Positions 13,276 through 27,423 of a stretch of DNA of 64,000 nucleotides are shown piece after piece. Both the position numbers and the translations under genes were made by a program. Numbering within the stretch: position 1 is the first letter of the stretch; each line of letters opens with the position of its first letter. Source of the DNA: Octopus sinensis (Eukaryota); NCBI RefSeq assembly GCF_006345805.1, contig NC_043011.1:56122464-56186463 (forward strand), in the 5' to 3' direction. The notes below the pieces were generated by a model. That model ran no database searches and was not told the origin of the DNA. It worked only from the letters and a program-made list of their open reading frames with translations.

Positions 13276-13651
13276 GGCAATGTTCATAATTGCCAAGACA
13301 ATGATAGGAACAGACTAAATATCCGACATATTGTGACTCGAAGCAACTCTTGATATCATTTCTTTATCACGGCATCCCTGGAAGTCTCAGTTACTTGGAT
13401 GGGTGGGATTCCTCTGGCCATTCCTAGTTTTCAAACGTGTTAAGAATAACTATATTTCCATTGGTACTTTACCAATCGATACTTCGGTTTATACTTATTT
13501 CTATAAAATATTTTAAAAATTAATAATTTTCAGGAATAAAAAGATAATGTATTCATTAATAGTTTCAAATGGAGTAAAACTATTTTCACAATTACTTAAC
13601 CCTGTTTTCTGGTTTCATATATATATATATATATTATATATATATATATAT

Positions 13652-13685
<34 letters not shown>

Positions 13686-13918
13686 AGAGAGAGAGCTGAA
13701 TCAAATTGATATTCATAACATACGCATATATGTAATTATACATATTCACACACACACACATATTTATATATGAAGATACATATATGTGTGTGTGTGTATA
13801 TGTACATATACACGCACAGACTTATGTATGTATATATGCATATCTTTCTATGTATTCATATATATATACATATATAAGATACATGTATACTTTATATATA
13901 TATATATGGAATACAATT

Positions 13919-13986
<68 letters not shown>

Positions 13987-14179
13987 TATGTATGTCCATT
14001 TGTATCGTTCACTGTAATCCGGTTGAATACAATGGATCACCATTCCGATCATTTTTGTCTATGTAGATTTTCCATTTTCTCTCCTCTTTCCCCTTTCATT
14101 TTATCCTCCATTAAAAGCCTGTCTAATCCAGTTTTCCAATTAAGTGTCCAAAATATTTAAGTTTTCTTTCTTTGATGTT

Positions 14180-15030
14180 GTCCAATAAAATCATATTACA
14201 ACTTTCCCATCTTGATGTGTTCTGTCCATGATATTCTCAAAACTTTTCCATATGTACGTATCTCAAAGACATGTTAATCTACTTGATAATACTTTGTTAA
14301 TTTCCATATTTCACTTCCATACGGCAAAGTGCATCATATATGACACCTTAATTATCTTTTTTTCCCTCTCCACATTAATGTTTCTTGATGTCAGAATGTT
14401 TCACAACTTCTCATTTCAATTTCGAACCATCTCAATCTTTCTGTTGCTTTCTGCCTCACATTTCCCCACCTTTTTCTGATTGCATATATTCCAGGTATAT
14501 TATCTTTCTTGTCTATACAATTGGCTTCCTTCAATTCTAATATTTATTTTTGTGACAGTTGTTCCTTGCAGATTACCATAGATTTTATTGTCATCACATC
14601 CATTTTCATTCCATTCTGTGGGACGTATCTATTGAAAGTCAGAAAAGCAGTGTGGTCTACACACGTGATACTGTCCATGTTACGACCTTCAGTTCGTATT
14701 CTTTGTATGTCTTCTGTTTCTCTGAAGACCTCCTCAGTGAAAAGGTTGAATACGTTTGAGGATGGAACACACATTGTCTGACTCCTTCGTCTTAAATTCT
14801 GTAACTTTATCCCCTTGTTCAGTTCTTACCATTGCTTTTTGTTCTCAGAGCATTTAAATATTATTTGGCAGTATTTATCAAACGCCTTCAGATATGCTTT
14901 TGATTATCCTTGCATGGTTTATTCTGTCAAATCCCTTATTTTCACCTGTAAGGCAGTTCATGATTAGAGCTCTTTCACATCTGGACCTCAGGTTACGTAT
15001 TTACTCGCCAGTTCCAATTCCTGGTCCAAA
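14180..15030 (-). mobile_element. Old, degraded RTE LINE RT fragment
   Basis: CVPSSNVFNLFTEEVFRETEDIQRIRTEGRNMDSITCVDHT aligns to RTE RT ..LFNLY.E..FR..GGRNINNLRYADDT; KAFDK upstream. Confidence 0.6.
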
Positions 15031-15639
15031 GCCACTTTACGATTGACTTTGTTCATTTTTTTCTGTAATTCTTCGTTAAAGGCGACGGATTGGCAGAGTT
15101 GCGATTCCTCGCCGTATTTATTCCAATGCACTAAGTTCAAATTTCACCGTGGTTAGTTTTGCCTTTGATCCTTTCGGGGTCAATAAAAATAGCAATCAAG
15201 AGCAGTGGATTGATTAAATACTTTGAGTAATTTGTTCTGGCATTCTCCGTTCTGACAGTAACTCGTTTGATGACACTGGTGCCAAGTTGCATCAGCCCAA
15301 ATCGGAGGCATTCTCCTTAAATAAACATCGGCAGTGTGCGGAAGGGAGTTTTAAATGCATGGCAACTATCAGTCTTACTCGGAAAAGTCTCGCCTAAGCC
15401 TGCACAAACATGTACAGATGCAGGACCAGTACTGACCGACCGAATCCCTTTTACATGTTGAAACTCATTGTCCGAATATTGCTCTTCGTCTTTATTGTCC
15501 AGATTGAAACTGTTGCAAGTCACATGACTTTGAATAAGTTCCCTCACGGATAACAATATTAACCTTTGTTCCGTTTTCCAGTTGTCTTCAGATGTTCTTT
15601 ACCCTAAGACACACATATCCTTAAGAAAAATTCATCTAC

Positions 15640-15912
15640 GAAGCAATAGCCCTAGCTCCCCTTCAGGGTTGGCGAAAGCGATGTGGTGGACAACGAAACA
15701 CCTGGCTGATGACAGTTAAAGGCTGATCTGGAACCCAACCTAGGCCCCCATATCTACGGCGTTCGCCGCTGGAATAAGGAGTGGTTGGAGATCACGCGGT
15801 CGTTAGCCTCAAATCGCCAGGCTTGGTCGGCGTTTGTGAGAGATGCAGCATTGAGGATGAATGAAGCCAGCTCAACCCACCCCGGGTGAATGCTGTCAAG
15901 TCAAGTCAAGTC
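15640..15912 (+). mobile_element. RTE LINE 3' fragment with (CAAGT)n tail
   Basis: GWRKRCGGQRNTWLMTVKADLEPNLGPHIYGVRRWNKEW..LASNRQAWSAFVRD then tcaagtcaagtcaagtc. Confidence 0.7.
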
Positions 15913-16089
15913 ATCCTTAAGTTATCCAGTTTATTTAGAATATTGTACAACATTAACTATTTTTGTTTCTAATTATTTAAATGAAGTTCACGAATCTGCT
16001 AGAAAAGTGTTTACATGTCTTTGTTAATTTTAAAAAAATATTCTTTTTAAAATATAAACAGATCAGTTTTTGATTTAATGTAAATTATT

Positions 16090-16290
16090 GTGACAAACAC
16101 CTCTTCTTAATTCTTTAATTCCATGTGGAGCACCAAGAGCCACCGAGAGATCTCCATCTGTCTCAGTCTTTGATAATGGATCGCAGTTGTCCCCAGTTGG
16201 ATCTGCTTGCCAGTGCTTCAGTTTCTGTGGATTTTGTCCCATGTTGTTTGTGATCTTCTGCGCTTGTGTCTCCTTTAAGGCGTCCATTAG
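16090..16290 (-). mobile_element. RTE-like LINE 3' fragment
   Basis: Degenerate end-of-ORF-like sequence followed by a 3' end; weak similarity only. Confidence 0.4.
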
Positions 16291-16304
16291 AGTGCGTGCC
16301 TTGT

Positions 16305-16520
16305 AACACAAATTTTGGTCCAGGGTCAGTAATTTCGGGGGGGGGGGGGGGTAAGTCGGTTACGTCAACCCCAGTGCTCAACTGGTACTTATTTTATCGA
16401 CTCCGGAAGGATAGCAAGCAAAATCGCCCTTGGCAGAATTTAAACTCAGAACGTAAGGACGGACGAAATGCCGCTAAGCATTTTACCCGGTTTGCTAGCG
16501 GTTCTGCTAGGTTGCCGCCT
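16305..16520 (-). mobile_element. SINE family B, alternative (B2) tail
   Basis: Family-B body with C-rich ...ccccgaaattactgaccctggaccaaaattt tail (rc). Confidence 0.75.
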
Positions 16521-16529
16521 CGCTTGCCT

Positions 16530-17250
16530 TGTAATTTTGGAAACAGGTTTCCGTCGGGTGTGTCCTAGACAACTGTATTTCTTCTTCTTGATCTGGGTAT
16601 CGATGGGTTCCTGGATCACCGTCACATTCTGCAGCGTAATTTTGAAGTAAACAAGATTGGTGGAATGGTTGGAGGATTTTTAAGTAATAGTTTTTGTCAT
16701 AGAATTCACGAAACTCTTCGAAGTCTGCATCTTTTAGTTTCTTTGGTATTAGAGTAATCTATGGATTGTTTCATTTCGCTTCGGTTTGTGTCCACCTCCA
16801 TATATTGCATTACGCAAGCCTGTTTATTAGATCTAGATTGTGCTTATCCAATGCATTGCTTTTGCTATTTCGTCTTCTCCAGTTGCCTTTCCATCCTTCA
16901 TTGACTTTATTAGCTTTTCCCGCTTCTTTTCACACTTTGCTTCTATCCGCGGCTACGATATTGGCCATAGATGCTCTACTCTCATCATACTTCTTTCATA
17001 TATTCGTCCCTTCTACCAACAATCCATTCACCATCAAATACCGCGTTCCGTTTTGTCTTCAACCTTCTTCAACGTTACTGCTTCATTCGCTCATGCATCT
17101 ATTGTTCTGATCTCATTTATTGTATCACACATTTCTTTCCTTTAATTGGTTTTTAGTTTTTCTACATTCGGAACGGCTGTCTTTATTTAGACTGTTATAT
17201 CTGTCTACTTCATTATTCTTTTACTCTTTCTTCTGTTTTACATATAATTT
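16530..17250 (-). mobile_element. Degraded RTE RT N-terminal fragment, probably the same element as 14180-15030
   Basis: rc translation KLIKSMKDGKATGEDEIA, many stops. Confidence 0.5.
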
Positions 17251-17425
17251 TATCAATCTCCCCCATTTCCCTTCCTTCCTTTTTCCCTTTCACAAAGTGT
17301 TTTCTTTTGTAAAAGTTTTACATACAAATGTTAATTGTATTCCGTTTGGCTTCAATTTCTTTCTTATTCCGAGCTTCTTGCATTTCTTCTTCTTTGTGTA
17401 AATATTCACATTTGTTTCGTATTGC

Positions 17426-17598
17426 TGCGCAGGCGTGGTTGCCTGGTTAAGAAGTTCGCTCAGCAACCACGAGGTTTTGGGTTCAATTCTACTGCATGAA
17501 ACCTCGGGCAAGTTTATTAAATTAAATTTCAGGATATACCAATGCCTTGACAAGGAATTTAGTTGATGGAAACTGTATGAAAGCTCATCATTATATAT
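17426..17598 (+). mobile_element. Diverged family A SINE head
   Basis: gcgcaggcgtggttgcctggttaagaag..gggttcaattct..acctcgggcaagt. Confidence 0.7.
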
Positions 17599-17812
17599 AA
17601 GAGGGGGTGGGGCTGAAAAGTTCCTGGCTTTGAGTAAAAGAAGGGATCTGTTAATTATGATTTTATTTAACATATTCCTCTTCTCAGATTCACGCCCTTA
17701 TTGCAGAGGTCCTTCAGTTTTTCTAAGCCCTGTAAAACACTCGGAATGTTGGGCCTCCAACCAGGCCTTTCACGGTACCTTAAAGCCAGGAACTTTGCAA
17801 CACCCCGTCGTG
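17599..17812. mobile_element. Mariner-like MITE
   Basis: Inverted termini ..gaaaagttcctggcttt / aaagccaggaactttgcaacacccc, in TA context. Confidence 0.7.
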
Positions 17813-17891
<79 letters not shown>

Positions 17892-17916
17892 TATATATTA
17901 TATATATATATATATA

Positions 17917-18115
17917 TATTATATAGAAGGAGCTTCTACAGGACTAGAACTGTTTCATTCAAGAGAAATCTTCAGGAAGCTTCCTGAAGATTTCTCTTGA
18001 ATGAAACAGTTCTAGTCCTGTAGAAGCTCCTTCTATATAATAAATTAATTTTACTCTGCTATGTATTGAGTACCTTATTTACTGTGGTTAACCCCGAATC
18101 AACCCGGGACCTACA
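17917..18115. repeat. Dispersed element containing a 126-bp perfect palindrome (Penelope pLTR-like)
   Basis: 17917-18042 is its own reverse complement, centred on aag|ctt. Flank 18043-18115 recurs identically next to the copy at 33238-33376. Confidence 0.85.
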
Positions 18116-18118
18116 TAT

Positions 18119-18152
<34 letters not shown>

Positions 18153-18470
18153 ACATACATGTGTGTGTGTGTGTGTGTGTATTATACTAAAGGGTAAAAG
18201 TCATTAACGATTTTACCAGGTGGCCAGCGCAGAAATAAAAACCTCATTAGTAAATTTTACAAAATATTTTATAATTATATACATAATTATAACAAGAGAT
18301 TGACTATATGCCTCACCACGCACTGTAAAAAAAGGACGCTAGCCTAAAATGTGGTGTGTTACTCTCGGAGATTTTAAGGTGGTAATAGTGTCTTTTGGCG
18401 TGTATTTTTACAGTGCGTGGGGAGGCATATAGCTAATCCCTTGTTATAATTATGTATACAATTATAAAAT

Positions 18471-18534
<64 letters not shown>

Positions 18535-19502
18535 GTATGTATATATGTATGCATGTATATTTACATATATATATACACATACATGCATACATATATATAT
18601 ATATATAAAGATATTGCATGTGTTTGTATATCTTTGTGCCTATGTTTTCCCCTACCCAACCCCACCTGACAAACACTGGGGATTCGATTTGCTCCAGTAA
18701 ACCGTCCGAGGCAGTGCCCCAGCTTGGCCAGATTTCAATGACTGACACAAGTAAAAGGATGAAAGAACAGATTTCTTCTTGTTTCCTGTTTGTTTCTTCA
18801 ACTTTAACATTAAATTCTTGTCGTCTTTCATATTTTTTCATTTCGCTTTGGCTCGTAATTTCTTTTACATTGTCTTTTTGGTCGCAATTGATATCTGTTC
18901 CAGCCTAAATATTTTGTAAACCTTCACGCAGTTTCCGATCCAGTAAATCGTTTATTTCCTTACTTATGTCAACTGGACTCTTCTCCATTCATAAATGTTG
19001 TTGGTGATTGGTGGACTCGGCTACTGATAAATACCAAATACTTTCTGGTACACGCAACTAGACACTTATTAGAATATCATACTTAATGTATCTCCGCCGC
19101 TAATAAACCAGTCCATGCAGAATTCGTCCTCAGATTACCCCTTTTATGGATGTGCTGTGTTAAAAACACCATAAATATCGGAAGGGGCGAAAAATCATCC
19201 CAGCAGTAATCAACGAGAACGTCGGCTGCATTTCAGCGTTTTAGAGCCTTTCCAATGGCGTATACTTTCCAATGGTGTGTACTTTCGCTTCCGATACAGA
19301 AAAGAAAAAAAACGAAAAATATTCACTGATGTTGCGAATAGTCGTCCGGTTGAATAAAAAATCCCGTATACGCAAGTGCAGTTGTATTCGGACATCTTTT
19401 TTCCGGCACCAGTGAACTTAACACAGTACGGGCGTAAGAGATGTAACCTCAGGACGAATACTGCAGTTACTGGCCTATCAACGGTGTATATACTTTACCT
19501 AT

Positions 19503-19733
19503 GAGGCGGCGAGCTGGCAGAAACGTTAGCGCGCCGGGCGAAATGCTTAGCGGTGTTTCGTCTGTCGTTACGTTCTGAGTTCAAATTCCACCGAGGTCGA
19601 CTTTGCCTTTCATCCTCTCGGGGTCGATAAATAAAGTACCAGTTTCGCACTGGGTCGATGTAATCGACTTAATCCGTTTATCTGTCCTTGTTTGTCCCCT
19701 CTATGTTTAGCCCCTTGTGGGTAGTAAAGAAAT
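19503..19733 (+). mobile_element. SINE family B, full length
   Basis: 17-bp TSD gtatatactttacctat at 19486-502 and 19734-50. Confidence 0.9.
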
Positions 19734-20034
19734 GTATATACTTTACCTATTTACATTAAATAGCTTCTTCCGATAAAAGCGGAAGAGTCAGTGCTGCTTC
19801 CATTTCTTTCACCGTATTCTATATTGACCTGTCGTACCAACGGGGTTTTCTCTGCCGTCCTTTCCATTGAAGTCTTCCATTTTAATTACGGTTTAATTAC
19901 AGCTTCACCGTATTTTATTCTATGTTGGAGTTATCGGAAGAATTCTATTTCTTCATCACTTTGTTTCTGTGCTAGGGTCTTTGTACCCGTATGAGGTTGA
20001 AGTGAAAAACTTTTTGTTGTACTTTCATCGTTAT

Positions 20035-20305
20035 TATTCAATACCATATTACCCAGTAGAAGCACACACACATACCCGTTTGATAAGGGTACACCAGGCA
20101 CATGCATCACAACGATATGTGCGCGACATGGTGACCAAGATAAACACCGCATGATCTTGCAGGTGGAGCCCAGTTAAAATTTTCTTCAGGTCGAGTAGCC
20201 GATCCCACTCAAAAGGTCCCCGAATAAGGGTTGTTTAAAGATGTTGAACGAAACACCAATGTTTCCAGAAACGAATTATTCAAACCCTAAAGAATTCTTC
20301 TCCTC
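20035..20305 (-). mobile_element. Dispersed repeat family F, partial
   Basis: Reverse-complement match to part of 34168-34640. Confidence 0.75.
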
Positions 20306-20359
20306 GATCACCTCGACCACCACCACCACCAACACAACAACAACAACAACAACAACAAA

Positions 20360-20720
20360 GTGGAGGCGGAATGGCCCACTGATTAGAGGAGCGGACTCGC
20401 GGTCGGAGGATCGCGGTTTCGATTCCCAGACCGGGCGTTGTGTGTGTTTATTGAGCGAAAACACTTAAAGCTCCACGAGGCTCCGGCAGGAGGTGGTTGC
20501 GACCCCTGCTGTACTCTTTCGCTCCAACTTTCTCTCACCCTTTCTTCCTGTTTCTTGTCCCTGACTTCCTATGCAACTGCTGAGCCTGGATGCGCATTCA
20601 TCCATCCGTCGATGCTCTCGGTGTCGGGGGTTGACCTGCTTTCTCTTCTGCAGGTCTTACGAATAGCAAAGGACCTAGTTTCGGACTTCTCCCAAACGCT
20701 CAACAAACAAACAAACAAAC
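20360..20720 (+). mobile_element. SINE family C2 (C head, different 3' half)
   Basis: Family-C tRNA head, then ..gagcctggatgcgcattcatccatccgtcgatgctctcgg..; also at 52967 and 63639. Confidence 0.85.
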
Positions 20721-21227
20721 CACCACCAACAACAACAACAACAACAGAGAATGCAAAAGAAATCAAGCGCAAATCCGGTCGCGTCTTCGGATATAAAAGC
20801 AGTCTCGGATGATACAGAAGCGCCCGAATGGGTGACTGGTGATCGTCTCCCACAAAAGAAAAAGAGTGCGGGCTGGTGAAAAAAACTCACTTGACCCCGC
20901 AGATCCCCAAAATTTGTGAACATCAAGATCAATAATTAAGAAAATGAAACTCCCGATCACTTGACCAAAGCGACAGGGCAGTGATTACAACAACTACAAC
21001 AAGAAACAAATCAACAACAGCTACAACAAAAAGAGAAATAGAAACAACAACATCGTCAACAACAGCGGTGGTGCCCCAGCATGGCCGCGGCCTTCGGCCT
21101 AAAACACTTTTAAGGATTTAACAGCGAGAGGCACATCGAGATGAGTAGCAAAATGGATGAAAAAACGACCAAGACGATAACAACTAGATCAGGAGACGGA
21201 ACATTTAAAACAACATCTCACGGACGA

Positions 21228-21285
<58 letters not shown>

Positions 21286-21481
21286 GGCGTTTTTCATTCT
21301 AAAGAAAGTAACTTATTAAATTTTAACAGAAAAACAAGTATTTATTCATCCTTTAAAAGACGAATTTTTTTTATTTTTAGAAAATGGTTGCTTTAAGTCT
21401 TTGAGGGCGGTGTTGAGAAATATCTATGCGAGTGTATACATACATACATACATACTGGGATTTGAATACATAAATACTGGA

Positions 21482-21647
21482 CGGTATTTCGCCCGTCGCT
21501 ACGTTCCGAGTTTCAAATCCGTCAAGGTCAACCTTGCCTCTCATCCTTTCGGGATCGATAAAATAAGTACCAGCTAAACACTGGGGTCAATGTAATCGAC
21601 TCATCCCCTCCCCTAAAATAGCTGGCGTTGTGACAAAATTTGAAACC
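21482..21647 (+). mobile_element. SINE B2, 5'-truncated at ggtatttcg
   Basis: Family-B body, B2 tail, then (ATT)n. Confidence 0.75.
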
Positions 21648-21657
21648 ATTATTATTA

Positions 21658-21715
<58 letters not shown>

Positions 21716-21730
21716 GTTATTATTATTTTA

Positions 21731-22153
21731 TGTTTGACTTTTGCTTTACATTTGTACAAGTTGGTTCCAAGTCTCACCCAGAGACCTCAAGAGACAACAA
21801 GTTGGAAGTTCATGTTGGTGTTATGCCTGGGGTGCCATATATTTGGCTTTGTACATAGTGTTGTTCTAGAGAATGTTTAAGAAACCATAAGAAAATTATG
21901 TTTGTTTCGAACACTTGAGATTACATAGAAAGTATTTTGCGTAGGATATGGACAGTTCCCATGAGTACTATCTTTTGAATTTCTGCCATTTTGGGGTTTC
22001 CTGGTATCTGAGCTAGGTAGCAACCAGCCCCTTTTGCTATCATTCCCAGGGCACCTATGACAACAGGTATTGTTTTAGTCTTCAGGTTCCACATTTTGCT
22101 AATTTCTATTTCAAGATCATTATATTTGCTCTGTTTTTGGTAGGTCTTGGTAG
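21731..22153 (-). mobile_element. Dong/R4-clade LINE 3' fragment (RLE domain)
   Basis: KQSKYNDLEIEISKMWNLKTKTIPVVIGALG..QKIVLMGTVHILRKILS*; (TAA)n on both sides. Confidence 0.8.
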
Positions 22154-22165
22154 GTATTATTATTA

Positions 22166-22216
<51 letters not shown>

Positions 22217-22326
22217 CATCATCATCTAAGACGTTGCACAATATCCAATATCGTGAAATCAAATATACCTATGTATTATTAATAATTTATTAAGAAGAAC
22301 AACAGCAACTACTACTACTACTACTA

Positions 22327-22358
<32 letters not shown>

Positions 22359-23089
22359 CAGTAAGGGAACCTCTACTTGGTCTTTAGATCTGCTGGAAAT
22401 AGCAGTGAAATATTTCCTAGATAACACCTTACCACCTACATTTTCTTTCAATATGCTAGAAACAGCAACTATATCTCCCTCAAATCGCAGTCTAACCTCT
22501 TTAACAACGGTAACGGTTTACTGGATAATGTAGTAACTGGACGAGATGGTCGCGGCCGGCATGACTTTCGATTAAGGTTCACCTGGGTCTAAATAACATC
22601 AACAACGACGATGTCAATAAGAACGAGAAATAATATCAGTAGGAACACCACCAACAACAACAATAACAACAACAACAACAACAACAGAGTAAATAAGAAA
22701 ATGTACGAATAAAAACGGCAAAAAAGAACAAGAAAAGAAATAACAACAAAAAGATCAACAACAACAACAACAACGTCAATAAAAACAACAAACAATAATA
22801 AAAACCACAACGACAATAAGAAGAAGAACGATGTACATACGAACGACGGAAGACATCAACGTTGGTAAGGCCAACAATAACAACAACAACAATGGCACCA
22901 GCAAAAACATTGTCAATAAGAAAAAGAGGCAAAAAAAAGGCAACATTTGTGATTTTAAAAGGGAGAAAGATGTCGCTTGGAGAAATTTGAGAGAAAATTA
23001 GAGAAACAGCGGTGGAGAAGGGGAGAATTGAACTTTTAATCTATGAAAGTAATTTAATTTAGTGAATAAATAAATAAATGGATAAATGA

Positions 23090-23139
<50 letters not shown>

Positions 23140-23303
23140 TGTGTGTGTGTGTGTGTAAAGTTGTATATAATTTTTTAAAAAACAACAATCAAAGAACAAG
23201 AAAACAATTGTTGCAAACAACCAAACTGATCAACCAATCAATAATAAGCAAATAGACAAACAGAAGAGGCGTTGAATCTTCGCCGCAGCGCCTGTGTAGT
23301 GTC

Positions 23304-23372
23304 TGACGACACGTGTGACGTCATTTGATGATTGACATACGGATATGAGAGAGGGTGGAGCAAGATATAAAA
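23304..23372 (+). promoter_or_regulatory. Candidate proximal promoter of the CCAP-like gene (half-CRE, E-box, full CRE, TATA-like)
   Basis: TGACG 23304-08, CACGTG 23310-15 abutting TGACGTCA 23316-23, TATAAAA 23366-72; ~380-450 bp upstream of the ATG. Confidence 0.5.
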
Positions 23373-23749
23373 AAAAATGGAGAATCCCGTAGACAATATG
23401 GGAGAAAGAAAGGAAAAATAAAAGAAAGAGAGAGAGAAATGATAAAAATAAGGAGAAACAGAAAAATAAAAGCGGAGGTGGAGTAATTTCTTTCTCCGCC
23501 TACGTTTTTCAATCTGCTTTGATATATAGGCAACACTTTTATTCTTCCCTAAGATAGTTCCAAGGAACATTGCTGTGTGAAGGAGACAGCATATATAACA
23601 AGAACAATACTTGTAATAATAACAATAATAATAATAACTACTTGTAATAATAATAATAATAATAACAACAGTAATAATAATAAATTTCTGTATAGTACTT
23701 AAAATATATTTCTCCCCACTCAAAGTTACATCTTTCAAGAAAGAAAACA

Positions 23750-23854
23750 ATGGCACCCGGGTCGCGAGCTGTTTGCCTGCTCGGTGTTTGTTACATTATT
23801 TTCATGTCCATGATAAGCCTCATAGCCAGTCAACCACAGTACGACCTAGACAAG
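23750..23854 (+). CDS. CCAP: CCAP-like precursor, first coding exon (signal peptide)
   Basis: MAPGSRAVCLLGVCYIIFMSMISLIAS-QPQYDLDK: hydrophobic core, small-residue cleavage site, phase-0 donor AAG|GTAGGT at 23854/55; joins in frame to the 45298 exon. Confidence 0.75.
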
Positions 23855-24084
23855 GTAGGTAAAAAATACCTTTGCTATTTTCACGATTTCAATGAAAGAA
23901 TCTTTTTTGCAATCCCACGGTTTCTTTGCTGCTCGCGTCAAATCACATTTTCTTTCTTTTTTCTTTTTTTTTTTGTTACGTTTTAATTAGGGTGGGAGGA
24001 AAAGACAGGGCACACCTTCCCCCGTGACCTCTTTTTCCAGGGCCTCCGAGACTAGTGAGAGGAAGGGAAGGGAGGAGATTATCT

Positions 24085-24314
24085 ATTTCTTTACTACCCA
24101 CAACGGGCTAAACACAGAGGGGACAAACAAGGACAGACAAACGGATTAAGTCGATTACATCGACCCCAGTGCGTAACTGGTACTTAATTTATCGACCCCG
24201 AAAGGATGAAAGGCAAAGTCGACCTTGGTGGAATTTGAACTCAGAACGTAACGGCAGACGAAATACGGTTACACATTTCGCCCGGCGTGCTAACGATTCT
24301 GCCAGCTCGCCGCC
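24085..24314 (-). mobile_element. SINE family B, full length
   Basis: 17-bp TSD aagggaggagattatct at 24068-84 and 24315-31. Confidence 0.9.
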
Positions 24315-25273
24315 AAGGGAGGAGATTATCTTTAAACTGGAGACTGGGTCCCGATTGCCTGTACCAGAGACTGAACTCCGCTTCAATCATGCAAGGACCA
24401 AATGGTGGTGGTGGTGGTGGTGGTGGTCGTGGTCGTGGTAATAAACCGTACAGCGGATTAAGTCTCCCTCTGAAGTAAGAACTCTTCCTCTATTCTTGGA
24501 CCGGTATTTATTTTATCGACTCCCAAAAAGATGAAAGGCAAAGTCGGCCACGGTGGAATTTGAACTCAAAGCAGAGACAGATAGAATAAGTACCGCAAGG
24601 CACTTTTGTCCTGCGCTCAAACGACGATCCTCCTTCAAGTGGTTGGTGGGGAGAAACGGGATTCTCTTTAAAGTCCAATCATTTCTGAGACAGCACTTCG
24701 ATGAAGAGGTCAAATGACCACCCATTTAGAGAGTAGTGTCAAGTCTTTTGATCGCCAAACTTTTGCCGGATTGGTTTGTTGAATTTTACGTTTTTTTCCT
24801 AAAAAAAAACTATTTTCTCCTTAAAATAAAATTCAATCGTTTAAAAAAACAAAAGCTTATTTTCGTTGCCTTTATTTTCATTTACGCCGTAAATTTAAAC
24901 GATAAATTTCTGTAACTTAACGATGAAATGTCCGACAACGAAACACCCGGCTACGAAGATCCAGGACTACTAAATTGGACCGACGTCCGTCTTAACTTAC
25001 ACTTCTGGCAGCACCGTTCCACTCGCACTATTTTCTATATCATCATTGATTTCTAAATAATTAATCCGCTCTTATTAATGCAAACTTTGATCAGTTTGTC
25101 TCTGTGTCTTCTTTCCTTTTCTTGTCGGCTTTGGACTGGCGCTTGTTGCTGAAAGTCTCTTTACTTTTAACATCTGTGCATGTGCGCACTTACATACATC
25201 CACCCATACATTCATACATACATACATACATACATATACGAACACGCATACATATACACATAGATACACACTA

Positions 25274-25345
<72 letters not shown>

Positions 25346-25432
25346 CTATTATTATTATTACTATTATTACTATTACTATTATTATTATTATTATTACTAT
25401 TACTATTATTATTATTATTATAACTATTACTA

Positions 25433-25463
<31 letters not shown>

Positions 25464-25733
25464 TACTATTATTACTATTACTATTACTATATTACTATTA
25501 CTATTATTATTATTACTATTACTATTATTATTATTATTATACTATTATTATTATTATTATATTATTACTATTACTATTATTACTATTATTACTATTACTA
25601 TTATTATTATATTATTATTACTATTATATTATTATTATTATATTATTTACTATTACTATTATTACTATTACTATTATTACTATTACTATTATTATTATTA
25701 TTATTATTATTACTATTATTATTATTATTACTA

Positions 25734-25764
<31 letters not shown>

Positions 25765-26094
25765 TACTATTATTACTATTATTACTATTACTATTATTAT
25801 TATTATTATTATTACTATTACTATTATTATTATTATTATTATTACTATTATTACTATTACTATTATTATTATTATTATTACTATTACTATTATTATTATT
25901 ACTATTACTATTATTATTATTATTATTATTACTATTACTATTATTACTATTATTACTATTACTATTATTATTATTATTATTATTATTACTATTATTATTA
26001 TTATTATTATTACTATTACTATTATTACTATTACTATTATTACTATTACTATTATTATTATTATTATTATTACTATTACTATTATTACTATTAC

Positions 26095-26130
<36 letters not shown>

Positions 26131-26699
26131 TACTATTATTACTATTATTACTATTACTATTATTATTATTATTATTATTATTACTATTACTATTATTATT
26201 ATTATTATTATTATTACTATTACTATTATTATAATTATTATTATTATTACTATTACTATTATTATTATTATTACTATTACTATTATTATTATTATTACTA
26301 TTACTATTATTACTATTATTACTATTACTATTATTATTATTATTATTACTATTACTATTATTATTATTATTATTATTACTATTACTATTATTACTATTAT
26401 TACTATTACTATTATTATTATTATTATTATTATTACTATTACTATTATTATTATTATTATTATTACTATTACTATTATTACTATTACTATTATTACTATT
26501 ACTATTATTATTATTATTATTACTATTACTATTATTACTATTATTACTATTACTATTATTATTATTATTATTATTACTATTACTATTATTACTATTATTA
26601 CTATTACTATTATTATTATTATTATTATTATTACTATTACTATTATTATTATTATTATTATTATTACTATTACTATTATTATTATTATTACTATTACTA

Positions 26700-26730
<31 letters not shown>

Positions 26731-26810
26731 TACTATTATTATTATTATTACTATTACTATTATTATTATTATTATTATTATTACTATATTATTATTTTAT
26801 ACTATTACTA

Positions 26811-26841
<31 letters not shown>

Positions 26842-27413
26842 TACTATTATTACTATTATTACTATTACTATTATTATTATTATTACTATTACTATTATTA
26901 CTATTATTATTATTATTATTATTATTACTATTACTATTATTATTATTATTACTATTACTATTATTATTATTATTATTATTATTACTATTACTATTATTAT
27001 TATTATTACTATTACTATTATTATTATTATTACTATTACTATTACTATTATTATTATTATTATTATTATTACTATTACTATTATTACTATTATTACTATT
27101 ACTATTATTACTATTACTATTATTATTATTACTATTACTATTATTATTATTATTATTATTACTATTACTATTATTAATATTACTATTACTATTATTATTA
27201 TTATTATTACTATTACTATTATTATATTATTATATTTTATTATTATTATTATTATTATACTATTACTATTATTATATTATTATTATTATTATTAATATTA
27301 TTATTATTATTATTATTATTTTATTATTACTATTACTATTATTATTACTATTATTATTATTATTACTATTATTACTATTATATATTATTATTATTATTAC
27401 TATTACTATTATT
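25274..27413. repeat. ~2.1 kb interrupted trinucleotide array (TTA/CTA)n
   Basis: Visible directly; TTA units interspersed with CTA, with local 60-bp periodicity (26641-26760). Confidence 0.97.
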
Positions 27414-27423
27414 GTTGTTGTTG

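Noticed and set aside
15317-15556. 79-aa minus-strand ORF
   Set aside because: No recognisable motif or splice signals; it lies among LINE debris.
23855-23864. Alternative phase-1 donor GTAG|GTAAAA
   Set aside because: It would read the 45298 exon out of the CCAP frame into a stop.
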